Shown: positions 19,202-29,734 of the stretch, piece after piece | How positions within the stretch are numbered: position 1 is the first letter of the stretch | How the letters are laid out: each line of letters begins with the position of its first letter | NCBI RefSeq assembly: GCF_988242995.1 | Contig: NZ_OZ547043.1 | Length of the DNA stretch: 64,000 bases | Strand: one strand, 5' to 3' | Made by a program: the position numbers and the translations under genes | The notes under the pieces: generated by a model | What the model was told of the DNA's origin: nothing | What the model saw: the letters and a program-made list of their open reading frames with translations, nothing else | Databases searched by the model: none

Positions 19202-20659
19202 ATGAATACATCTCATGTAAGAGTTGTTACTCATATGTGTGGGTTCCTGGTTTGGCTCTATAGTCTTTCAATGTTGCCACCAATGGTTGTAGCATTGTTT
19301 TATAAAGAAAAAAGCCTGTTTGTTTTCTTTATAACTTTCGTTATATTTTTTTGCATTGGTGGCGGAGCGTGGTATACAACTAAGAAATCTGGCATTCAAT
19401 TACGTACCCGTGATGGGTTTATTATAATTGTAATGTTTTGGATTTTGTTTTCTGTTATTAGTGCATTCCCTTTATGGATTGACTCAGAACTTAATTTAAC
19501 GTTCATTGATGCTCTGTTTGAAGGGGTTTCTGGAATAACAACAACAGGAGCAACTGTAATTGATGATGTTAGTTCATTACCTCGGGCATATTTGTACTAT
19601 CGGTCACAGTTAAATTTTATAGGTGGTTTAGGAGTTATTGTTCTGGCGGTTGCTGTATTGCCATTATTGGGTATTGGTGGTGCAAAGCTTTATCAGTCAG
19701 AAATGCCGGGGCCATTTAAGGATGACAAACTCACTCCCCGCCTGGCCGATACGTCACGGACACTGTGGATAACTTATTCTTTATTAGGTATTGCTTGTAT
19801 TGTCTGTTATAGACTTGCAGGAATGCCTTTGTTTGATGCTATTTGTCACGGGATTTCCACAGTTTCGCTTGGTGGTTTCTCAACTCATAGCGAGAGTATC
19901 GGATATTTTAATAACTATTTGGTTGAGCTGGTGGCTGGTTCTTTTTCCCTGCTATCGGCTTTCAACTTCACTCTTTGGTATATTGTTATTAGCAGGAAAA
20001 CGATAAAACCTTTAATCAGAGATATTGAACTTCGTTTCTTTCTGTTAATAGCCTTAGGTGTGATCATTGTTACCTCTTTCCAGGTCTGGCATATAGGTAT
20101 GTATGACTTGCATGGAAGTTTTATTCATTCGTTTTTTCTTGCCAGCTCCATGCTCACTGATAATGGTTTAGCTACGCAGGATTATGCAAGTTGGCCCACG
20201 CACACGATAGTGTTTTTGCTGTTGTCAAGTTTCTTTGGGGGATGTATAGGTTCAACTTGTGGTGGAATTAAGTCACTTCGATTTCTTATACTTTTCAAAC
20301 AAAGCAAACACGAGATAAATCAGCTTTCTCATCCCAGAGCGTTGTTGAGTGTAAATGTAGGAGGGAAGATAGTTACAGATCGTGTAATGAGGTCTGTATG
20401 GAGTTTCTTTTTTCTTTATACTCTCTTCACGGTGTTTTTTATACTGGTGTTAAATGGTATGGGATATGATTTTCTTACATCATTTGCAACAGTGGCTGCA
20501 TGCATTAATAATATGGGATTAGGTTTTGGGGCTACTGCATCGTCATTCGGAGTGCTTAATGACATTGCAAAATGTTTAATGTGCATAGCTATGATTCTTG
20601 GTCGCCTTGAAATTTATCCTGTTATTATATTGTTTTCAGGTTTTTTTTGGCGCTCCTAA
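19202..20659 (+). CDS. trkG: Trk potassium uptake protein TrkG (Rac prophage)
   Basis: ORF 19184..20659; product from MNTSHVRVVTHMCGFLVW... matches K-12 TrkG (485 aa); start may be off by 1 because my hand indexing of the displayed sequence disagrees with the ORF track here. Confidence 0.9.
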   Translation: MNTSHVRVVTHMCGFLVWLYSLSMLPPMVVALFYKEKSLFVFFITFVIFFCIGGGAWYTTKKSGIQLRTRDGFIIIVMFWILFSVISAFPLWIDSELNLTFIDALFEGVSGITTTGATVIDDVSSLPRAYLYYRSQLNFIGGLGVIVLAVAVLPLLGIGGAKLYQSEMPGPFKDDKLTPRLADTSRTLWITYSLLGIACIVCYRLAGMPLFDAICHGISTVSLGGFSTHSESIGYFNNYLVELVAGSFSLLSAFNFTLWYIVISRKTIKPLIRDIELRFFLLIALGVIIVTSFQVWHIGMYDLHGSFIHSFFLASSMLTDNGLATQDYASWPTHTIVFLLLSSFFGGCIGSTCGGIKSLRFLILFKQSKHEINQLSHPRALLSVNVGGKIVTDRVMRSVWSFFFLYTLFTVFFILVLNGMGYDFLTSFATVAACINNMGLGFGATASSFGVLNDIAKCLMCIAMILGRLEIYPVIILFSGFFWRS

Positions 20660-20796
20660 TATATGGCTGATTTATAATTGTGAGTTTAATATTATGTTGA
20701 CTCACTCATTGATCCAATACCTAACTTTACCAGCAACACCTCCGTCCCCAGTAGCACTGGCTGCTGGGGTGCGTTTTATTCATAAAGCAAGGCTGT

Positions 20797-21588
20797 ATGA
20801 GCGAGAAATTAAAGATAGTCTATCGCCCATTACAAGAATTGTCACCGTATGCGCACAACGCCAGGACGCACAGTACTGAGCAGGTGGCACAACTGGTAGA
20901 AAGTATTAAGCAATTCGGCTGGACTAATCCGGTGCTGATTGACGAAAAGGGCGAAATTATTGCGGGTCACGGTCGTGTTATGGCGGCTGAAATGCTCAAA
21001 ATGGATTCTGTTCCGGTCATTGTTCTGTCTGGCCTGACGGATGAGCAGAAAAAGGCGTACCGCCTGGCAGATAATCGCCTGCCGATGAATGCTGGCTGGG
21101 ATGAAGATCTGTTGCGGATGGAGCTGTCGGACCTAATCAATGCTGATTTTGATGTCTCCCTGACAGGCTTCATCCCGACAGAAATTGATGAACTGTTGAC
21201 GGATGTTTTGCCCGGTACAGGAAATGAGGAGGAGCCGTATACGACGAAAATTGATACGCCTGTTTATGAGCCGTCGGGCGGTAAACCGGATATCAGTGAA
21301 CTGTACGACGATACGAAAACTCAGGAGCTGATCAGCCGGATACGTTCGGCGTCCCTTGAGCCTGATATTGAGAAATTCCTCCTGTGTGCGGCAGAACGTC
21401 ACACGGTGTTTAATTTCAGCAGAATTGCGGACTATTACGCTCACGCCCCCTCTGAAATTCAGTGTTTTTTCGAGGAGTCGGCGCTGGTGATCATTGATTA
21501 TCAGCAGGCTATTGAAAATGGATTTGTCCGGATGACGCAGCGCATGGTGGAGATCATGCATGGTGGTGAGGAGGAGGAATATGCGTGA
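20797..21588 (+). CDS. ParB-like nuclease domain protein
   Basis: 263-aa ORF MSEKLKIVYRPLQELSPYAHNARTHSTEQVAQLVESIKQFGWTNPVLID... typical ParB/Srx N-terminal domain; K-12 ynaK/ydaY look like remnants of this gene. Confidence 0.75.
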   Translation: MSEKLKIVYRPLQELSPYAHNARTHSTEQVAQLVESIKQFGWTNPVLIDEKGEIIAGHGRVMAAEMLKMDSVPVIVLSGLTDEQKKAYRLADNRLPMNAGWDEDLLRMELSDLINADFDVSLTGFIPTEIDELLTDVLPGTGNEEEPYTTKIDTPVYEPSGGKPDISELYDDTKTQELISRIRSASLEPDIEKFLLCAAERHTVFNFSRIADYYAHAPSEIQCFFEESALVIIDYQQAIENGFVRMTQRMVEIMHGGEEEEYA

Positions 21589-22513
21589 TGATTTTTGCGC
21601 CTTTATTCTGACTCACGGGCGACCGGACAAAGTTCTGACTTACCGGACGTTGCGTCGTGCTGGCTATACCGGGAAAATTTTTATCGTTGTTGATGATGAA
21701 GATAAGACACGGCATCAGTACATGGCTGAATTTGGTGAACAGGTGCTGGTGTTTTCCAAAGCCGATATCGCCAGTCGTTTTGACGAAGCCGATAATTTCT
21801 GTGACCGCCGCTCAATTTTTTACGCCCGTAATGCCTGTTTCGACCTGGCAAAACTGGTCGGGTGTAAATACTTCATTCAGCTCGATGATGATTATCACGA
21901 GTTCCAGTTTCGGGTGGATCGCAACTATGACCAGGCCTATTTTCCGATAAGGAAACTGGATGCGATCCTTTCTGAAATGCTGGCGTACTACGAATCAATA
22001 CCTGCTCTTTCCATCGCTATGTCGCAGGGCGGGGATTTTCTTGGTGACAATGGCGGCCATGCTTCGTGGGTGAAACGCAAGGCAATGAACAGCTTTATCT
22101 GTTCGGTTGATCGACCGTTCTCATTCATGGGGCGCATTAACGAGGATGTGAATACGTACACGAATCTCGGTCGCTGTGGTGAATTGTTTATGACGATCGG
22201 TGCTGTCCAGTTAGGGCAGAAACAGACGCAGAAAAACAGCGGCGGAATGACCGAGCTGTATCTGGATTCCGGAACCTACGTTAAAAGTTTTTACTCCGTC
22301 ATGTATGCGCCGTCGTGCGTAAAAATTTCACTGATGGGTGCCAGCCATAAACGCATTCACCATCAGGTCACCTGGAACAACGCTGCAGTAAAAATCCTTC
22401 ACGAAAAATACAGGAAGAAGACACCCTGCATATCAATGGGGGTGACAAATGATTCCGTATTCGAAAGTCGAGTCTCTGGCAGCGTGCCGGATGACTGCAC
22501 AACAAATCGCTGA
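21581..22513 (+). CDS. Hypothetical protein (310 aa), function unknown
   Basis: ATG 21581 after strong SD GAGGAGGAA, overlapping ParB-like stop; contains HGRPDK and LDDDY motifs; no family confidently recognised. Confidence 0.5.
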   Translation: MRDDFCAFILTHGRPDKVLTYRTLRRAGYTGKIFIVVDDEDKTRHQYMAEFGEQVLVFSKADIASRFDEADNFCDRRSIFYARNACFDLAKLVGCKYFIQLDDDYHEFQFRVDRNYDQAYFPIRKLDAILSEMLAYYESIPALSIAMSQGGDFLGDNGGHASWVKRKAMNSFICSVDRPFSFMGRINEDVNTYTNLGRCGELFMTIGAVQLGQKQTQKNSGGMTELYLDSGTYVKSFYSVMYAPSCVKISLMGASHKRIHHQVTWNNAAVKILHEKYRKKTPCISMGVTNDSVFESRVSGSVPDDCTTNR

Positions 22514-22700
22514 CGTTCTGGATGTTGATCTGAACCGACTGAAAGAAAATCGGGAAGCAATGACAGATTTTTATGCGGCCATCCGTAAGGGCAGAGCGAA
22601 AGGTGAAGCCGAGTTACGAGCGGCATTGTTTAAGCTTGCCAGAAAAGGGGATGCCTTTGCTCTGCGCGAACTACTCAGGGTGGATAAAAATCAGGACTAA
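22449..22700 (+). CDS. Small putative DNA-binding protein (possible packaging accessory)
   Basis: 83-aa ORF with GGGGGTG SD; overlaps previous gene by 65 nt so the start is uncertain. Confidence 0.35.
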   Translation: MIPYSKVESLAACRMTAQQIADVLDVDLNRLKENREAMTDFYAAIRKGRAKGEAELRAALFKLARKGDAFALRELLRVDKNQD

Positions 22701-22703
22701 CTG

Positions 22704-23798
22704 ATGAGCAGACCGGACTGGGGGGCGTTGCAGCAGGAGTATATTGCTGAATACACCCGCTCCGGTATATCTCCGGTGGCATGGTGTGAAGCAAGGGGAC
22801 TGAATTACGCAACAGCCCGTCGTTACATCAAAAAAACTCCGAAAAATGCGCAGACAGAAATGTGCAAAACTGCGCAAAAAAGTGCGCAGAAAAAATCTGC
22901 GCAGACTGCACAAAAGCGGAACGAAAAATCTCAGGAAAAAAAGCCAGTATTCGATGCGGGCCTGAATGAGGGCGACGCGGAGGAATTTTCGTTCTGTCCC
23001 GATGAATTCGGCATTTCTGACCAGCAGGCTAAGTTTGCGATGCTTGTTGCTCAGGGTAAAAAGCCGACAGAGGCGTACCGACTAGCCGGTTATGAGGGGC
23101 AAGGTGCGACAGCTAACAGCAACGCCAGTCGTATGCTTAGAAATGCCAGGGTTTTTCGCGCTATCAGCTACTTCCGCAATCAGTACCAGAAACGCTATAC
23201 CGCAGACCTGGATTTACTAGTGAGTCAGTTGATGGCTATTGTCCTGGCCGACCCCAATCAGCTTGCACAATTTCGCCGTGTTAACTGCCGTTATTGCTGG
23301 GGCGAGAATCATCTCTACCAGTGGCGCGATATAGCAGAATTCGACAAGGCAGCGGCGCAGGCTTCCAGAGATGGCAAACCCGAACCGGAATATGGAGGCC
23401 TCGGCTTTGTTGATAACGCCATACCCAATCCGGACTGCCCGAAGTGCTGCGGTGAGGGAACGGGACAGCTTTATATGGCTGATACCACTCTGCTTGATGG
23501 GGATGCGCGGCAATTATATGCAGGGGCAAAATTCGGAAAATTCGGCGTTGAGATCCTGCTGGAGGATAAGGCTGCCGCCCGGCGTGAATTGTTGCGTTTG
23601 TTTTCTGCTGGCGGGGCTTTATGTGCAGATAAACGGCTACAGGAACTGGAAATTGAACGGCGCAGAATGGAAAACCAGAAGCTGCGCAAAGAGATCGAAA
23701 CGGTGGAAGATAATGAACATCCCCAGCCTGTGGCGATCAATATTAATGTGGTTGATGCCAGAGTAAGGAGTGATGAAGATGATCTCTCCGACGCTTAA
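22704..23798 (+). CDS. Terminase small subunit (putative)
   Basis: 364-aa ORF directly upstream of terminase large subunit; N-terminal HTH-like region. Confidence 0.55.
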   Translation: MSRPDWGALQQEYIAEYTRSGISPVAWCEARGLNYATARRYIKKTPKNAQTEMCKTAQKSAQKKSAQTAQKRNEKSQEKKPVFDAGLNEGDAEEFSFCPDEFGISDQQAKFAMLVAQGKKPTEAYRLAGYEGQGATANSNASRMLRNARVFRAISYFRNQYQKRYTADLDLLVSQLMAIVLADPNQLAQFRRVNCRYCWGENHLYQWRDIAEFDKAAAQASRDGKPEPEYGGLGFVDNAIPNPDCPKCCGEGTGQLYMADTTLLDGDARQLYAGAKFGKFGVEILLEDKAAARRELLRLFSAGGALCADKRLQELEIERRRMENQKLRKEIETVEDNEHPQPVAININVVDARVRSDEDDLSDA

Positions 23799-25080
23799 TG
23801 TGCCTCAGGCGCGATTTCTTTCAATGCCCCATAAATTTAAAGCCTATATTGCTGGTTTTGGCTCGGGCAAAACATGGGTTGGGTGTAGCGGCATATGCAA
23901 GGGGATTTGGGAGCATCCAGGTATAAATCAGGGATATTTTGCGCCAACGTATCCCCAAATTCGCGATATTTTTTACCCTACAGTGGAAGAAGTTGCTGCT
24001 GACTGGGGATTGAACGTAAAAATTAATGAGGGAAATAAAGAGGTTCACTTTTATTACGGACGCCAGTATCGGGGAACCACTATCTGCAGATCGATGGAGA
24101 AGCCACAAACGATCGTCGGTTTCAAAATTGGTAATGCGTTGGTGGATGAACTGGACATTTTGCCGAAGGAAAAAGCCAGAACGGCGTGGCGCAAGATAAT
24201 TGCACGTATGCGTTATAAGATTGATGGACTTCGCAACGGTATTGACGTTACAACCACGCCGGAAGGATTCAAATTTGTCTACGAGCAGTTTGTTAAAGCC
24301 GTGCGTGAAAAAACAGAGCTGGCCTCACTGTATGGTCTGGTGCAGGCATCTACTTTCGATAATGAAAAGAACCTGCCAGCAGATTACATTCCTTCGCTTC
24401 TTGAATCATACCCTCCAGAGCTGATTAAAGCCTATCTTCGAGGACAGTTTACTAACCTGACAAGTGGTACTGTTTACCATCAGTTTGACCGGAAACTGAA
24501 TAATTGCGAAGAAGTGGAGCAGCCAGGGGAGCCGATTTATATTGGGATGGATTTTAACGTTGGAAAGATGGCGGGAATCGTCCATGTGCTGCGTTTGGGG
24601 CTTCCATGTGCGGTAACTGAAATCATCAATGCCTACGATACGCCGGATATGATCCGCATCATTAAAGAACGCTTCTGGCTGTATGATGGGAATGATTACC
24701 GGAAAGTGAGGGAAATTTATATTTATCCAGATGCTTCCGGGGATTCCAGAAAATCAAGTAACGCAAGTACGACGGATATAGCCCAGCTTAAGCAGGCTGG
24801 TTTTAACGTTGTGGTGAACAGCTCGAACCCGCCAGTAAAAGATCGCGTTAACTCAATGAATGCAATGTTCTGCAATGCCAATGGTGAGCGTCGCTATAAA
24901 GTTAATGTGAAGCGTTGCCCGTTATATGCCGAATCTCTGGAGCAACAGGTCTGGGATGAGAAGGGGGAGCCTGATAAAAAATCTGGCAATGATCACCCGA
25001 ATGATGCCGGAGGTTATTTCATCGTTAAGCAATTCCCTATTGTCAAACCGACCGGAAGAGTCACATCACTTCGGATTTAA
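23770..25080 (+). CDS. Terminase large subunit
   Basis: 436-aa ORF; Walker A-like AGFGSGKT near N-terminus; position before portal. Confidence 0.7.
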   Translation: MMKMISPTLNVPQARFLSMPHKFKAYIAGFGSGKTWVGCSGICKGIWEHPGINQGYFAPTYPQIRDIFYPTVEEVAADWGLNVKINEGNKEVHFYYGRQYRGTTICRSMEKPQTIVGFKIGNALVDELDILPKEKARTAWRKIIARMRYKIDGLRNGIDVTTTPEGFKFVYEQFVKAVREKTELASLYGLVQASTFDNEKNLPADYIPSLLESYPPELIKAYLRGQFTNLTSGTVYHQFDRKLNNCEEVEQPGEPIYIGMDFNVGKMAGIVHVLRLGLPCAVTEIINAYDTPDMIRIIKERFWLYDGNDYRKVREIYIYPDASGDSRKSSNASTTDIAQLKQAGFNVVVNSSNPPVKDRVNSMNAMFCNANGERRYKVNVKRCPLYAESLEQQVWDEKGEPDKKSGNDHPNDAGGYFIVKQFPIVKPTGRVTSLRI

Positions 25081-25082
25081 TT

Positions 25083-26489
25083 ATGGCTGATATATCAACA
25101 CCCAACCTCGACTATAACGATATGCTGGAGGCGTGGGATATTAACGACGCACTGATGGGCGGTACGCTTGAAATGCGCAGGCAGGGGGAAAATTATCTCC
25201 CAAAATGGCCTAACGAAGATGAAGACGCTTATAAAAAACGCCTGTCTGTGGCTACGCTACTTCCTGTGTATGAAGAAAGCATCAAGCAAAATATTGGGCG
25301 CATATTTGCAGAGCCGACAGTATTGAGTGAGGAAACGCCGGCAAAAATCAGGGAATATGCAGAAAATATCGACATGGAGGGGAGCCGACTGGATGTGTGG
25401 GCGCAGCAATTTTTCAGCCTCGCATTTCAGTATGGTGTGGCACATGCGCTGGTGGACTATCCACGAACGGATATGAAAGAGATTCGGACAAAAGCCGATG
25501 AAAACGCGACCGGTGGTCGTCCGTACGTTACGATGCTGAATCCACGCCAGGTTATTGGATGGAAATCGAAAGTTGAAAAAGGGAAAGTTGTTCTCACTGA
25601 TTTGCGTATAAAAGAGGTCATCATTATTGATGGTGATGATTTCGGGCAGAAGAAGGTGGAGCAGATCCGCCATATTATGCCCCGTCGAGTTGAAATTTAT
25701 CGACGTAGCGAAGGCACTAATGGCGAATCTGTCTGGACGCTTCATGAGTCATGGAATACCAGCCGTGATGATATTCCTCTGGTAACACTGTACACGAAGA
25801 AAACAGGATTTATGCGTGGTACACCGCCATTGCTTAATCTTGGCTTGCTGAATATCAAGCACTGGCAAAGCCAGAGCGAGCAGGACAATATTCTTCATGT
25901 TGCCCGCGTTCCATTGCTGGTGGCCTACGGGCTGGACAGGAATGAAGAACTGACGGTTGGTGCATCCACCGCTACGATTTTTGAGGACAGAACAAAAAAT
26001 GGCCTCGAATATGTTGAACATAGTGGCGCAGCGATAGAATCTGGCGAAACATCACTTGAGAAGCTGGAAAATCAGATGCGTCATGCCGGCGCTAAACTTC
26101 TGCGTGCTGAAAATACATCCACCAAATCTGTTGATCAGACTAATGAAGAGCGAATGCAGGAAAACTCGCCGCTTTATACAATGGCGAACTCCCTCGAAGA
26201 TGCTCTCGATAATATTCTCCAGATAATGGCGGAATGGATCGGAGAGAGTTGCGGTGGCAATGTGGATGTGCGCACTGAACTGGATGTATCTGCCCAGGTG
26301 TTTGACTCATCCTCCGCGCTGGCTGTTCAGTCATTGCGTCAGGGCGGTGATATACGTCAGATTGATGCGGTTCGGGTGTTGCAGGCGTTGAAATTTATCG
26401 ATCAGGATTCCCGTCCAGAGGAAGTGATCGATGAATTAAAAAATCAGAGTGTAATGCTGATGGAAATCAATGATGCAAACCGTGAATGA
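25083..26489 (+). CDS. Portal protein (putative)
   Basis: 468-aa ORF immediately after terminase large subunit. Confidence 0.55.
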   Translation: MADISTPNLDYNDMLEAWDINDALMGGTLEMRRQGENYLPKWPNEDEDAYKKRLSVATLLPVYEESIKQNIGRIFAEPTVLSEETPAKIREYAENIDMEGSRLDVWAQQFFSLAFQYGVAHALVDYPRTDMKEIRTKADENATGGRPYVTMLNPRQVIGWKSKVEKGKVVLTDLRIKEVIIIDGDDFGQKKVEQIRHIMPRRVEIYRRSEGTNGESVWTLHESWNTSRDDIPLVTLYTKKTGFMRGTPPLLNLGLLNIKHWQSQSEQDNILHVARVPLLVAYGLDRNEELTVGASTATIFEDRTKNGLEYVEHSGAAIESGETSLEKLENQMRHAGAKLLRAENTSTKSVDQTNEERMQENSPLYTMANSLEDALDNILQIMAEWIGESCGGNVDVRTELDVSAQVFDSSSALAVQSLRQGGDIRQIDAVRVLQALKFIDQDSRPEEVIDELKNQSVMLMEINDANRE

Positions 26490-27585
26490 ACGGCTGCGTG
26501 ATGAATCAATTGCTCATGCAGTCTGGATATCCCGCTATAGCACTGGCGTGGCTGCCAGAATGGTGAAAATACTGAATGACAGCGATGCGGAACTTACTGC
26601 TCGCCTGCTGATAGCACTGGACAGCCTCGATCCAGGTAATTTTACCGTTAAGCGCCTGGAGTCACTTCTGGCGAGCGTCAGAGAGGTTAACCGCACTGCT
26701 ATTAACAGCATGTTTACCAGTCTCTCCGGAGAGCTGAACGAGCTGGCAATTTATGAGGCTGGTTATCAGTTAAGTCTGTTTGATTCTATGCTACCTGATT
26801 TTGTTGCTGATGTTCACCCTCTGGTTGGTATCTCTCCTGATGCACTTTATGCCGCTGCAATGGCGCGACCATTCCAGGGACGACTGCTCAGTGAGTGGGC
26901 CTCAGATCTTGAGGCGGATCGGCTCAGACGCATAACAAATACAGTGCGTCAGGGTTTTTTGCTGGGGGATACCAATGAGCAGATCGCAAGAAAAATTCGG
27001 GGACATGTCAGTAAGGGATTTCAGGATGGTGCATTGCAGATGAGCCGGGCTAATGCGGCCAGCATTGCAAAAACAGCGGTTGGACATCTTGCTGCTACTG
27101 CCCGTGAGAGTTTTGCCAGCGCGAATAATGATTTGATTAAGGGTAAGCAATGGTTATCAACGCTTGATAATCGTACTACGCCACAATGTCGAATCAGGGA
27201 TCGCCTCAAATATACGCTGAATAATAAACCTGTAGGTCACAGCGTGCCTTATTTGCAGGGGCCGGGAAAAATTCATTTCTGCTGCCGCTCAACGGAAACG
27301 TTCATTCTGAAATCAGCGAAGGAACTGGGTATTGATGTTCGCGATATTTCCCCGGCTGAGCGGGCCAGCATGGATGGCGTGGTGGCCGGAGATACAACCT
27401 ACAGGGAATGGTTTTTGCGTCAGCCTTACACCAGACAAAAACAGATTGTGGGGGAAACCCGAGCAAAGCTGATTCGGGATGGTGGTATGTCGCCAGATGA
27501 ATTTTACACCGATAAAGGCGAATGGCTGACGCTGAAGCAGCTCCGTGAGCGTGATGCACAGGTATTCAGAAAAGCAGGGATTTAA
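26470..27585 (+). CDS. Head morphogenesis protein (putative minor head protein)
   Basis: 371-aa ORF following portal; assignment by order and size. Confidence 0.45.
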   Translation: MMQTVNERLRDESIAHAVWISRYSTGVAARMVKILNDSDAELTARLLIALDSLDPGNFTVKRLESLLASVREVNRTAINSMFTSLSGELNELAIYEAGYQLSLFDSMLPDFVADVHPLVGISPDALYAAAMARPFQGRLLSEWASDLEADRLRRITNTVRQGFLLGDTNEQIARKIRGHVSKGFQDGALQMSRANAASIAKTAVGHLAATARESFASANNDLIKGKQWLSTLDNRTTPQCRIRDRLKYTLNNKPVGHSVPYLQGPGKIHFCCRSTETFILKSAKELGIDVRDISPAERASMDGVVAGDTTYREWFLRQPYTRQKQIVGETRAKLIRDGGMSPDEFYTDKGEWLTLKQLRERDAQVFRKAGI

Positions 27586-27604
27586 ATAAATCATTTATTA
27601 CAAC

Positions 27605-27630
27605 AGGCTACCTTCGGGTGGCCTTTTTTA
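27605..27630 (+). terminator. Intrinsic terminator-like hairpin
   Basis: aggctaccttcgggtggcct followed by ttttttatt. Confidence 0.4.
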
Positions 27631-27689
27631 TTGCTGCGATCCGGATGGTGAGCAGCGTAACTGTCGGAAGACTTAAACCAGGTACTAAT

Positions 27690-28454
27690 ATGAAACTGAA
27701 AACGGTCGAGATTAACGGAAAACAATACGCAGAAATTGATACTGCTGGCCTGCCAGTTTATGTGCACGACGATGGTAAAGAAATTGGCTTCGATGCACCG
27801 CTGGCGACAAAAAAAATTACAGAGCTTAATGGCGAGGCAAAAAATCATCGCCTGGCTAAAGAAGCTGCAGAGGAAAAACTGGCTAAGTTTGCCGCTATCG
27901 AAGACCCGAAGAAGGCGATCGAGGCACTGGAAATGCTGTCAAAAATCGACCAGAAAAAGCTGCTCGATGCGGGACAGGTTGACCAGGTTAAGGCAGAAAT
28001 TACGAAAAATTTTCAGCAGCAATTAGATGAAGAAAAGCAACGCTCTCAGATGCTGGAGAAGCAGCTTTACGATTCTATGATTGGCGGTAGTTTTGCGGGT
28101 TCAAAATATATTGCCGATAAAATTGCGATCCCGGCAGATTTATTACAAGCCCGCTTCGGGCAGGCATTCAAAGTGGAAGAAGGGAGGATCGTTGCTTATG
28201 ACGCTTCCGGCAACAAAATTTATTCCCGCGCGAAGCCTGGCGAACTGGCGCAGTTTGATGAGGCGCTGGAGTTCCTTGTCGAAAATTACCCTCAGAAAGA
28301 CTACATCCTGAAAGCCAGTGGCAACAATGGCGGCGGCTCCCGTCCGACACAGCATGATATTGGTCAGAAAACGATGAAACGCTCTGCTTTTGATGCACTG
28401 GATGTTGCAGGTAAGCAAAACGCATTGAAAGACGGTATCACAATCGTTGATTAA
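27690..28454 (+). CDS. Scaffolding protein (putative)
   Basis: Acidic, coiled-coil-like sequence immediately upstream of capsid gene; start taken at MKLKTV; ORF track begins 27618. Confidence 0.45.
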   Translation: MKLKTVEINGKQYAEIDTAGLPVYVHDDGKEIGFDAPLATKKITELNGEAKNHRLAKEAAEEKLAKFAAIEDPKKAIEALEMLSKIDQKKLLDAGQVDQVKAEITKNFQQQLDEEKQRSQMLEKQLYDSMIGGSFAGSKYIADKIAIPADLLQARFGQAFKVEEGRIVAYDASGNKIYSRAKPGELAQFDEALEFLVENYPQKDYILKASGNNGGGSRPTQHDIGQKTMKRSAFDALDVAGKQNALKDGITIVD

Positions 28455-28552
28455 CACATTTGTCAGCTTCCGGATGGGAGCTGGTGTCAGGGCTGGATAG
28501 CTCATTACTCCATCTATTCACAATTACGCAAATTTTTAAGGAATATTTAATT

Positions 28553-29692
28553 ATGGCTGGAAATACCCTGACCGGGTTGATCCCGACTATTTATACCGCC
28601 CTGGATGTTGTATCCCGTGAGCAGGTAGGTTTTATCCCTGCGGTAGCAAAAAACGCAAAAGCTGACGCCGCAGCAAAAGATCAGACGGTAACCGCGCCAG
28701 TTGCGCCTGAGGCGAAAACCGAAGATATCGTACCGGGGCCGTCAGCTCCGAATACCGGTGATCAAAATATTGGCACTGTTGATGTAAAAATTACTAAATC
28801 CAAAATGGCACCGGTTAAATGGAATGGTGAAGAACAACTGGCTCTTGGCCCTTCAGGGACTTACAACACCATTCTGGCTGATCAGTTCAAGCAGGCTTTT
28901 CGCGCCCTTGCAAACGAGGTTGAGGCTGATCTTGGTGCGTTGTATTTCGGTGCTTCCCGCGCCGTGGGAACCGCAGGGACAACGCCGTTTGGTGTTAAAG
29001 ATGATCTTTCTGATGCTGCTCTGGCTCGTCAGGTTCTGGAGGATAACGGCGCACCGACAACCGATCTGCAGATGGTGCTTGGCTCCACTGCCATTGCTAA
29101 TTTGCGCGGAAAACAGTCTGTATTGTTTAAAGTGAATGAATCCGGCACTGAACAGCTACTGCGTGAGGGCGTGTTGGGGCGTCTGGAGGGATTCAATATT
29201 CACAGTTCGGCAGGTGTGAAACGAGCGCCAAAGGTTGCTGCAACTGGTTATCTCGTGAATGGAGAGAAAAAAGAAGGCGATGTTCTTATTTCCATTGATA
29301 CTGGTTCGGGGAGTATTTCTGCAGGTCAGATTGTTACGTTCGCTGGTGATCCGAATCAGTATGTTGTGGCAGCAGCGACCAGCAATCTGATTACTCTTGC
29401 AGCGCCCGGACTGCGTCAGGATCTGGCCGATGATACTGCCATCACAGTTGTTGGGGCCTTTACTGCAAATATGGCGTTTGATCGCAACGCGTTTCTGCTG
29501 GCATCCCGTACTCCGGCAATGCCGGAAGGTGGCGATAATGCTGATGATGTAATGAATGTTACGGACCCGATTTCAGGGATTACGTTCCAGATTGCACTGT
29601 ATCGTCAGTATCGCCAGGTGCGCTATGAAGTTGGACTGGCATGGGGTGTTTCATCAGTGAAGCCGGCACATGGTTGTCTGATTCTTGGTTAA
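28553..29692 (+). CDS. Major capsid protein (putative)
   Basis: 379 aa from MAGNTLTGLIPTIYTAL... with AAGGAA SD; followed by a strong terminator. Confidence 0.6.
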   Translation: MAGNTLTGLIPTIYTALDVVSREQVGFIPAVAKNAKADAAAKDQTVTAPVAPEAKTEDIVPGPSAPNTGDQNIGTVDVKITKSKMAPVKWNGEEQLALGPSGTYNTILADQFKQAFRALANEVEADLGALYFGASRAVGTAGTTPFGVKDDLSDAALARQVLEDNGAPTTDLQMVLGSTAIANLRGKQSVLFKVNESGTEQLLREGVLGRLEGFNIHSSAGVKRAPKVAATGYLVNGEKKEGDVLISIDTGSGSISAGQIVTFAGDPNQYVVAAATSNLITLAAPGLRQDLADDTAITVVGAFTANMAFDRNAFLLASRTPAMPEGGDNADDVMNVTDPISGITFQIALYRQYRQVRYEVGLAWGVSSVKPAHGCLILG

Positions 29693-29702
29693 ACATTCAA
29701 AC

Positions 29703-29722
29703 GGGGCTTCGGCCCCATTTTT
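29703..29722 (+). terminator. Intrinsic terminator after capsid gene
   Basis: ggggcttcggcccc hairpin followed by attttt. Confidence 0.7.
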
Positions 29723-29734
29723 AATGGAGGGCAT

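Noticed and set aside
20598-20879. 93-aa plus-strand ORF spanning the trkG 3' end and ParB-like 5' end
   Set aside because: Overlaps two well-supported genes out of frame; likely spurious.
27736-28311. Lys/Arg-rich plus-strand ORFs (96 and 76 aa)
   Set aside because: Alternate frames of the acidic scaffold-like gene; basic shadow translation of an acidic coding region.
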